A DNA stretch of 64,000 nucleotides from an uncultured Chloroflexia bacterium (GTDB taxonomy: Bacteria; Chloroflexota; Limnocylindria; Limnocylindrales; CSP1-4), in NCBI GenBank assembly GCA_963813535.1, contig CAWEZH010000003.1, positions 967,810 to 1,031,809 of the forward strand, in the 5' to 3' direction. The first letter of the stretch is position 1; each line of letters begins with the position of its first letter. This document shows, piece by piece, positions 56,460 to 64,000 of this stretch. The notes beneath the pieces were generated by a model. It searched no databases and had not been told where the DNA came from. It worked only from the letters and a program-made list of their open reading frames with translations. The translations under genes and the position numbers were made by a program.

Positions 56460-57622
56460 ATGCGCCTGCTTCGTGAGCTGTCGCGGCGCAAGCTGCGGAC
56501 GACGCTGACCATCAGCGGCATCACCATCGGCATCTGGGCGCTCGTCGTCTTCAGCTCGATGGCCAACCAGATCAACGGCCTCGTCGGCATGGGCTCCGAG
56601 TTCTACGCCGACAAGATCACGGTCACCGACGGCGGTTGCCTTCGGGACGTCGCCGATGCGACTCACGGATGCCGACGCCATCGCTTCCGTCGCCGGGGTT
56701 GCAGCGGCGGACCCGAGGGTGGAAGTGTTCTGGGAAAGCGACCCGGCCGTCGGATTCAGCGTTCCCGACACGATCAACGGACTGATCCCGGGAGCCGACG
56801 CAGGCTACGAGAGCTTCGAGCTCGAGCTCGCCACCGGACGAATGCTGACTGTCGATGACGCCGGCGACGTCGTGGTCCTCGGGTCGGACCTGGCTCGCGA
56901 GCACAACGTGGTGGCGGGTGACTCGATCGACATCCGGGACCGGGCCTTCGAGGTGATCGGCACGCTGCAGCAGACGCTCACCGCCCCTGACAACGACAGG
57001 CTATGTCCCACTGGCGACGGCACAGGCGCTGTATCTCACTGACCTCCCGCCGCTCGTGGCCGAGTCATTGAACGCAGCCGAGATCGTCAACCAGGTCGAT
57101 CGCTTATCCGGCTGCCGGCGCGGACATCGCAGCCGTTGCATCGGCGATCGAGGCGGCCGTCGAGAACAGCGCCACCATGACCGGTGCCGAGTTCGAGGAG
57201 ACCGTCGGCGCCACGACGATGATCTTCAACGCGATCATCATCGGCGTCGCCGCCATCAGCCTGATCGTCGGCGGCCTGTCGGTCATCAACACGATGGCGA
57301 TGAGCGTCGCCGAGCGGACCCGCGAGATCGGCATCAAGCGCGCCATCGGTGGTTCCCGCAGCCGGATCGTTCGCGAGCTCGTCGCCGAGGCCGGTGTCAT
57401 CGGACTGCTCGGCGGGCTGATCGGCCTCGGTCTCGGTGCGCCTGGTCGTCGTGCTCGTCAACGAGATGACGCGGGCCGCGCGGGACGGTCCTCTTCGACC
57501 TGACGCCGACGACCGCCGCGTTCGCCGTCGGCTTCAGCACGATCCTCGGAATGCTGGCCGGAATCATCCCGGCCTGGAGCGCGGCCCGGCTCGACCCGGT
57601 CGCGGCCCTGCGATACGAGTGA
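56460..57622 (+). CDS. ABC transporter permease (MacB/FtsX family); multiple frameshifts
   Basis: [61 protein letters not shown] across frames. Confidence 0.82.
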
Positions 57623-57636
57623 TGAAGGAGCCAGCC

Positions 57637-58423
57637 ATGACCCTCCTCGAGGGTACGAACCTGCGCAAGACCTACCGAATGTCTCGACGGACGAGCGTCG
57701 ACGCCCTGCGCGGCGTCGACGTCAGCATCGCCGCCGGCGAGATGGTCGCGATCATGGGGCCGTCGGGCTCGGGCAAGAGCACCTTGATGCACGTCCTCGG
57801 GTCTGCTCCACGCACCGGACCGTGACGGCGGTCTCGCGCCGGGCCTTCGGTTCAACGGGATCGATGTCACGAGCCTGTCAGACCGCGAGCGAACGCGGAT
57901 CAGGGCGCGCTCCATGGGGTTCGTGTTCCAGTCGTTCAACCTGGTGCCGACGCTGACGGCGGAAGAGAACGTGGCGCTGGCGGCGGAGTACGCGGGGACG
58001 TCGCGGAGCAGGCGCGAGTCGCTGCCCGGGAGGCACTCGCGTCGGTCGGTCTCGCGGATCGGGCCGACACACCGGCCGATGGAGCTCTCTGGTGGCGAAC
58101 AGCAGCGGGCAGCCATCGCGCGAGCCCTGGTCAACAATCCGACGATCGTTCTCGGTGACGAGCCGACCGGCAACCTCGACTCCGCACGCGCTGCGGAGGT
58201 GCTGGCGCTACTTCGGACGTTCAACCGGGAGCGAGGCCAGACGGTACTGCTCGTCACGCACGACGCCGAAGTCGGCGCCACCTGCGACCGCATCATCAGG
58301 ATGCGGGACGGCGTGATCGTCGCCGACGAGCGCGTGCCGGCCCGGGCGACCCTCGAAGCCGACAGACTTCGGCCGATCGCCTCGAGCACACCCGGAGCAG
58401 CAATCCCGGTTCCGGTGGCTTGA
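57637..58423 (+). CDS. ABC transporter ATP-binding protein (LolD/MacB-like); frameshifted
   Basis: [40 protein letters not shown]. Confidence 0.88.
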
Positions 58424-58660
58424 GCGGTGGCACCGATCGAGTCGACCACCACCGTAGGCCATGGCGCCCGACGCGGGCACCCCTCCTGGCGGAATTGGTC
58501 CTCCGCCTCACGGGGGAGGGCTCTCGATCCTCCTCGCCCGGATGTCCACCTTCCGGGGGTGGCTGACCGTTCCTCAGGGCGGCGACGCCAGCCCAATGCG
58601 CCCATACCGTCGATCCCCTACCGACCGACCCAACCTTCATTCGAAGTCAAGGAGCTAGAG

Positions 58661-59699
58661 ATGACAATGGGAACAACCCGTGACCGCGACCAAGCCCTGG
58701 TCGGCGACGCCTTGCCGGCCGAGGCGGTGATGAAGGCTGTCGTGCAACGCCGCTACGGGCCTCCCGAGGTGCTCGAGTACACCGATGTGGGCCGGCCGGT
58801 CGTGGGGGACGGCGACGTCCTGGTCGGCGTCCGCGCCGCTTCGGTCCACCCCGGCGACTACTTCGTGATGACCGGCGTGCCGAGCATCGTGCGGCTGGCG
58901 TTCGGTCTGCATCGGCCGCGCCATCCCATCCCTGGCAGAGACCTGGCCGGCGTGGTGGCGGCCGTCGGCAAGGACGTCACTGATCTGCAACCGGGCAATG
59001 AGGTGTTCGGCTGGAGCACCACCGGCACGCTCGCCGAGTACGCGTGCGTGCCCGGCGGACCAACTCGTGCGCACACCGGCCAACCTCTCCGCGGGCCAGG
59101 CCGCCGCGGTGCCCACGTCTGGCCTCACCGCGTTGCAGGCGCTGCGGGACATCGCGCACGTGCAGCCGGGGCAGGCGGTGCTGATCACCGGCGCATCGGG
59201 CGGCGTCGGGACGTTTGCCGTCCAGATCGCCAAGGCGCTCGGGGCAGAGGTGACCGGAGTGTGCAGCACCCGCAACATGGAGCTGGTCCGGTCGGTGGGC
59301 GCCGACCACGTCATCGACTACACGCGCACGGACTTCACCCGCACGGGGCTGCGCTACGACGTCACCTTCGACAGCGTGGAAGCGCAGTCCCTGTCGGAGG
59401 TCCGCCGGGCGCTCACACCCACCGGCACCCTCATCCCCAACAGCGGACGAGGCGGCCTGTGGGTCGGACCTCTGGGCCGGATCGTCAAGGCGCGCGCGCG
59501 GTCGCTGTTCACCCGCCAGACCCTGCGGCCGTTCACCTCAGTCGGGAAGCGCCAAGACCTGCTTGAGCTGGCAGAACTTCTCGAGACGGGGCGACTCACG
59601 CCGGTCATCGACCGCACCTACCCGCTGACCGAGGCGGCCGAGGCCCTCCGCTACGTCGGGGCCGGCCACACCCGAGGGAAGGTCGTCGTCACCGTCTGA
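58661..59699 (+). CDS. NAD(P)-dependent alcohol dehydrogenase / quinone oxidoreductase (MDR); frameshift near 59050
   Basis: MKAVVQRRYGPPEVL, GRDLAG, LAEYA; then TALQAL, GASGGVGTFAVQIAK, PVIDRTY, GKVVV. Confidence 0.88.
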
Positions 59700-59801
59700 G
59701 CGACGGGATCCAAGGCAACGGACAACTCCGTCTCACCCACACCCCGGTCCAGCCGCCACGGCTAAGAACCGGACCTCACAACCGAGCGAAGGAGCAAGAC
59801 G

Positions 59802-60293
59802 ATGAGCAAGGAAACGAACAGCATCAGCACCCTGCAAGACCCGGGTATCCCGGTGCAGGCGAAGCTCGCGGCAGCCTGGACCAGCTTCATGTTCTTCTAC
59901 ATCTACGTCGACTACTTCCACCTCTACAAGCCCGGCGCCATCGACCAAATCCGGGGTGGCGTCATCTTTGAGTTCGGCATCAGCGGGACATTGTTGACCA
60001 TCTTCCTCGCGCTCATAGGGATCCCGGCCCTGATGGTGCTGCTCTCTATGACGCTGCCCGCCCGTGTGAACCGTGCCACGAACCTCGTCGTGGCATCGCT
60101 CTACATCCCCGTCACGGTGTTCAACGCGGCAGGGGCGTCCTGGGACTGGGCCTCCTTCTACGGCCTCTCCATCGGAATCGAGGTGCTGATCCTGGCCATC
60201 ATCCTGCGCTCCGCCTGGACCTGGCCCCGAACGCACTCCAACGCTGCGGATGTCGCGACGGCCGACCGACTGCAACAGCAAGCCCACGCCTGA
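59802..60293 (+). CDS. DUF6326-like membrane protein
   Basis: KLAAAWTSFMFFYIYVDYF.LYKPG...NRATN; GAAGGAG RBS. Confidence 0.7.
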   Translation: MSKETNSISTLQDPGIPVQAKLAAAWTSFMFFYIYVDYFHLYKPGAIDQIRGGVIFEFGISGTLLTIFLALIGIPALMVLLSMTLPARVNRATNLVVASLYIPVTVFNAAGASWDWASFYGLSIGIEVLILAIILRSAWTWPRTHSNAADVATADRLQQQAHA

Positions 60294-60546
60294 GCCATCG
60301 GTGCTCGACGCAGGCACGGAAAGTGTCTGCGCCGAGCCTGACGCTCACCGCGGCAACCGAGAACAACACCGCAGCTCGCCCGAGCGCAGGGCGCGATCGG
60401 CCCGGAGTGCCGGTGCTGAGCGACACCGTCGACCCCGCTGCGGCCGTCGCCACGGTCGGCGGTGCCTCCGACGTCGCAGTGGTTGTCATCCTGGTGCTCG
60501 TCGTCTTCCACCTTTGCTGTCGGATGGAAGCTGGTCCGGCAGTTGA

Positions 60547-60624
60547 GCGCTCGACGACTTCGAGTTTGCTTTTGGACTCGAACTCATCCTCGACGGACTT
60601 GACCGACTCCGCACGACAAGCTGA
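60547..60624 (+). pseudogene. C-terminal remnant of a TetR_C-type regulator
   Basis: ALDDFEFAFGLELILDGLDRLRTTS* is preceded by an in-frame stop and resembles EFEFGLDLILD of the TetR at 55632. Confidence 0.5.
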
Positions 60625-60804
60625 TGGACCGGCAGTGGAACCGCGCAATCCGCCAGCTCGCATCCGGCCCAGCCCAGCACGCTGTCATGCGCCAAGGCTG
60701 CGCGCCAGTGGCCGCCGTTATCCGTTTCGGCCGATTGGGCCATGCGCTCGGGCGGTGGACCGGTCGGGCCGAGGGCGCGGTCCGCGGGTCGTCGATCCAC
60801 GTGA

Positions 60805-60833
60805 TTGACAAGACATAGTAGTATTGCTATATT
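60805..60833 (+). promoter_or_regulatory. sigma70-type promoter with overlapping imperfect palindrome
   Basis: TTGACA-17 bp-TATATT. The imperfect inverted repeat atagtagtattgctat spans the spacer and the -10 box. Confidence 0.7.
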
Positions 60834-60866
60834 CTGTCTCATATACCCACTACTCGGAGTGCTCCC

Positions 60867-61358
60867 GTGATGGCTACACCACTATCGATCTATCGCCGAC
60901 TGCCGCTCCTAGCGCGCCCCTTGCGGCGGGCCGCCGTGGTCGCCGCGTTCGGTGGCTTGCTGCTGTTGGTCCTGGGATTTCTCGTCGTCGTTGAACCCGG
61001 CCGCCTCTCGACGACGGTCTGGGCCGCGATCGCCGTCGGCCTGGGCGCGCTCACGCTTGTCGGCCACATCGCCGTCTACGGCTACGGCCAAGGACGGATG
61101 GGCTACCCCACGCACCCGCTCGATGAGCGGCAACGAGCGACACGCGACCGAGCGCTTGTGCTCAGCTACCGGGTCTCGTCGATCGCGGTAGGGCTGGCGC
61201 TCGGCGCGCTTCTGGGCGCTGCACTCCAGGGTCCGCTGGTCATCCAATCGACGACCGTCGCGCCAGTGCTCATCGCGGCTGTCCTGTCCCTGGCGCTGTT
61301 GCCGTTCGCCGCCCTGGCCTGGATCGAACCCGATCTGCCCGCCGACGTCGGGGCCTGA
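60867..61358 (+). CDS. membrane protein with DER motif (DUF2178-like)
   Basis: Four TM helices and LDERQRATRDRA; paired with an XRE regulator. Confidence 0.65.
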   Translation: MMATPLSIYRRLPLLARPLRRAAVVAAFGGLLLLVLGFLVVVEPGRLSTTVWAAIAVGLGALTLVGHIAVYGYGQGRMGYPTHPLDERQRATRDRALVLSYRVSSIAVGLALGALLGAALQGPLVIQSTTVAPVLIAAVLSLALLPFAALAWIEPDLPADVGA

Positions 61359-61359
61359 T

Positions 61360-61653
61360 ATGGCGGCTTCGTCGAAGGCCAGCGCAGAGCGGGAGCTCGT
61401 CCACAACCGACTGCCCTTGCTGCGCGCGAACCGCGGCCTTTCGCGCACGGCGCTCGCAGAAGAGCTCGGGATCCACTACCAGACGATCGGCTACATCGAG
61501 CGCGGCGAGTACGCGCCGAGCCTCCACCTCGCCTTGCGCATCGCGCGCTTCTTTGACCTGCCGCTCGAGGCGATCTTCTCGCTCGAGCCGTTCGGCCCAC
61601 TGGGCGCCGACGCATTGCTGGCCCGCGTGACGGCCGAGCCGGATCCCAGCTAA
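61360..61653 (+). CDS. XRE/Cro-C1 HTH regulator
   Basis: NRLPLLRANRGLSRTALAEELGIHYQTIGYIERGEYAPSL. Confidence 0.92.
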   Translation: MAASSKASAERELVHNRLPLLRANRGLSRTALAEELGIHYQTIGYIERGEYAPSLHLALRIARFFDLPLEAIFSLEPFGPLGADALLARVTAEPDPS

Positions 61654-61744
61654 GCCCCCGCGCCGCCGGGGTCGAGAACCCCAGCCAAGTCGCCGCGGCA
61701 GCGGCCATATCTGTCCAAGGAGCGGCAGCGACCTCCAGCCATGC

Positions 61745-62225
61745 CTCTGGCTCCGGATGATCCTGATGAACCCGCTCTACAAACGGCTGGATCCGACGAC
61801 ACCGCGGCAAGAACGAGACGCGCCGCCCGGCACCATGGCGGGCGACACCGCCGGTCTCGGACGAGCTGTGGGCGCGGGTCGAGGAGGTTCGGCGCGCCAA
61901 GACCCGCGGCGGCGGACCGAAGAACTGGAACCGCGTCGACTTGCTGGGCGGCCTCCCTCGCATGCGTATGTGGTCGGCAGCTCCGCAACGACGGCACGTT
62001 TGCTGATGGCCGCCACCGCAAGCAGCACGCCAAGCCGTGTGAGGCGTGGGGTCGCAAGGCTTGCCTCGGCGATGCGACGTGGGAGGGCCCTGTGCTCGCC
62101 CAGGTCGCCGGCATCGCGCTGGATGACGTGACCATGGCATCGGTCGTACGGCCCTCGGCTCGACTACACCAGCCGGTGGCGATCGACGGGCAGGGATGAG
62201 CGGCAATCCGCGAGCTGCGTCGAAC
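61745..62225 (+). pseudogene. decayed large serine recombinase fragment (recombinase domain + Zn ribbon)
   Basis: Across frames: ILMNPLY.GWI...PPVSDELWARVEE...DLLGGL..CVCGRQL. Confidence 0.6.
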
Positions 62226-62284
62226 TCGCGGGCGGCATGCGTGACGGTCGTGGACAGCACGCACCTGCTTCGCGTCCGGGTCGA

Positions 62285-62743
62285 TCAACGGCGGAGGCGG
62301 GGCCAGGCTGCGGCGATCAGGCCGACCCGCAGGAGCGCCAGGGCGGGCGGGATCGGCAGGGCGTAGCCGTACCAGAAGACTGCCTCGATCGGGATCATGG
62401 CGACGGCAAGCACGGCTCCAGCGCGGCGTCCCCGCCACATCAACCACCCGCCCCACGCGACCGCTGCGGTGACACCCGCGTATCCGACGAGTGTCGCGGC
62501 GAACGCCTCGGGACTCAACGGGCCCCACCACGGGCCGCCATACATCGGGAACAGGTCGCCGAGCCACGGCAGCTCCCGTTCCCGGAGTGCATAAGCCGCG
62601 ATCGGCAACGCGGGCAGCCCGTATCCGGCCGCGTACACCCAGCACACCACCGCTGCACCACGCGCGACACCGGGGACCGCCGCTGTCGCGGTCACGGGGT
62701 CCGCAGCCCCAGGGCGATCCCGATCCACACGAACTCCGGTCAT
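62285..62743 (-). CDS. hypothetical membrane protein
   Basis: Several hydrophobic helices; coding-like composition. Confidence 0.6.
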   Translation of the reverse strand: MTGVRVDRDRPGAADPVTATAAVPGVARGAAVVCWVYAAGYGLPALPIAAYALRERELPWLGDLFPMYGGPWWGPLSPEAFAATLVGYAGVTAAVAWGGWLMWRGRRAGAVLAVAMIPIEAVFWYGYALPIPPALALLRVGLIAAAWPRLRR

Positions 62744-62751
62744 GTCCTGGC

Positions 62752-63195
62752 CTACGCCTCCGCTTCCAGCAGGGCCCTTAGCACCTGATCATCCCGGTCG
62801 ACGTCGCGGCGCAGCACACGTCCCATAAACGGCTCGATGAGCCGACCCAGTCCGGAGAAGCGGAGTTGGACGCGACTGGTCAACGCGCTGGTGGAGGCGC
62901 TGGTCGGCTCGACGAGGTAGGACGCCTCTCCGGTCACTCCGCCCCCGGGCGGGATGTCGAAGGCGACGAAGCGACCGGGCTCGAACGCGACGAACTTGTT
63001 CCGCGACTCGATCCGCCGACCGGCGAACCGGCGAACGAAGCTGTGCTCTGACCCTACCCGGATAGGACCCGGTGTAAGGCGATGGACCTCGTCGAGCCCG
63101 GACTGCCAGCGCGGCGCGTTCGTCTGGTCGCTGACGAACGCGAACACGTCGGCGGCCGGCCGCCCGATCTCGATCCGTGTCTCCACGCTGATCAT
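62752..63195 (-). CDS. SRPBCC (polyketide cyclase-like) family protein
   Basis: IEIGRPAADVFAFVSD..N.PRW...LRALLE; GAAGGGG RBS. Confidence 0.85.
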   Translation of the reverse strand: MISVETRIEIGRPAADVFAFVSDQTNAPRWQSGLDEVHRLTPGPIRVGSEHSFVRRFAGRRIESRNKFVAFEPGRFVAFDIPPGGGVTGEASYLVEPTSASTSALTSRVQLRFSGLGRLIEPFMGRVLRRDVDRDDQVLRALLEAEA

Positions 63196-63216
63196 CCGTA
63201 GGCCCCTTCCCCAGTG

Positions 63217-63248
63217 ACTAGCGGTATCACTAGTATGCACTCTAGTGA
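63217..63248. promoter_or_regulatory. TetR operator candidate: TCACTAG-N8-CTAGTGA with three CTAG at 12-bp spacing
   Basis: CTAG at 63218, 63230 and 63242, between the divergent SRPBCC and TetR genes. Confidence 0.65.
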
Positions 63249-63294
63249 GAGGTCGGATAGTATCGCCTTCGCGAGGGATGTCAAGAGGTTCCGC

Positions 63295-63957
63295 ATGGCC
63301 AGCCTGACCCGACGGGAGCGGTCCCGCGCCACCCACTGGAAGATCGTCGAGGCATCGCACCGCCTGTTCTCGACCCAGGGCTATGCCGCCACGACGATGG
63401 CGCAGGTCGCCGAGGCTGCCGGCGTCGCCGTCCAGACGGTCTACTTCGTGTTCCACACGAAGCCCGCCCTGCTCGCGCGGGCCATCGACTTCGCCGTGAT
63501 GGGCCGGGATGACCCGCGTCCTCCTGAGGAGCAGCCGTGGTACCTGGCGATGACCGATGCCTCGGGGATCGCCGAGGCGGTTCGCCACCTGGTGACCGGT
63601 GTCGGCTCGATCATGCCAAGGGTGATCCCGCTCAATCTCGCGGCGCGGGCGAGTGACGATCCCGACCTGGCCAGGGTCATGGCCGAATCGGAGGCCTGGC
63701 GGGCCGATGGCTACCGGGTCATCCTCGAGATCCTTCGGAAGAAGGCACCGCTGCGCGATGGGCTCGACCCGGAGAGAGCAGCGCACCTGCTGCTCTTCTA
63801 TGTTGGAGAGGACACCTACCACTTCCTCGTCGGGACGTACGGCTGGCCTCACGACGACTGGGTGGATTGGTGCGTCACCACGCTCCTGGATCAGGTATTC
63901 GGTCTGGCCACGCCACCCGAAGGCATCCTCTCCGGCACGCAGCCGACGAACCACTGA
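63295..63957 (+). CDS. TetR/AcrR family regulator
   Basis: LFSTQGYAATTMAQVAEAAGVAVQTVYFVFHTKPALL. Confidence 0.92.
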   Translation: MASLTRRERSRATHWKIVEASHRLFSTQGYAATTMAQVAEAAGVAVQTVYFVFHTKPALLARAIDFAVMGRDDPRPPEEQPWYLAMTDASGIAEAVRHLVTGVGSIMPRVIPLNLAARASDDPDLARVMAESEAWRADGYRVILEILRKKAPLRDGLDPERAAHLLLFYVGEDTYHFLVGTYGWPHDDWVDWCVTTLLDQVFGLATPPEGILSGTQPTNH

Positions 63958-64000
63958 CGGTCGCCGGCCCCCGAGATCTTGGGGGTCCGGCTGACCCAGG

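Noticed and set aside
63965-63990. Hairpin after the last TetR gene as a terminator
   Set aside because: The stem is imperfect, there is no U-tract, and it lies at the window edge.

Overview
High-GC bacterial chromosomal window. Gene content and small lineage-type proteins suggest a monoderm Chloroflexota or Actinomycetota-like organism (inference only). It opens with a core-like block: an NYN-domain protein with a very long disordered tail, holB, acylphosphatase, a putative PD-(D/E)XK nuclease pair, a thioesterase and a DAO-family oxidoreductase. An accessory sulfatase region follows (about 10.4-30.2 kb): a four-YbaY-domain surface protein, two Cys-type arylsulfatases, FGE, MFS/TRIC/BASS transporters, a SulP-STAS remnant, a MalT-like LuxR regulator, a kinase and a holin-phosphodiesterase fusion. 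Next come mtnB-cupin, msrB, a mod operon lacking modC, a two-component system with a PDZ-less HtrA-MoxR-DUF58-VWA operon, and a stress/sugar cluster (ferritin-like, GT4, GH65). A RibA-RibD / Zn-dehydrogenase / Cys-less PTPS / GT4 cluster of unknown pathway is bracketed by two DUF2243 paralogues. The window ends in a mosaic TetR-regulated region with several gene relics, including a decayed large serine recombinase. Many genes carry 1-bp frameshifts, densest at about 53-59 kb; these may be sequencing errors. No rRNA, tRNA, CRISPR array or intact mobile element was recognised. All product calls come from motif recognition by eye, with no database searches.
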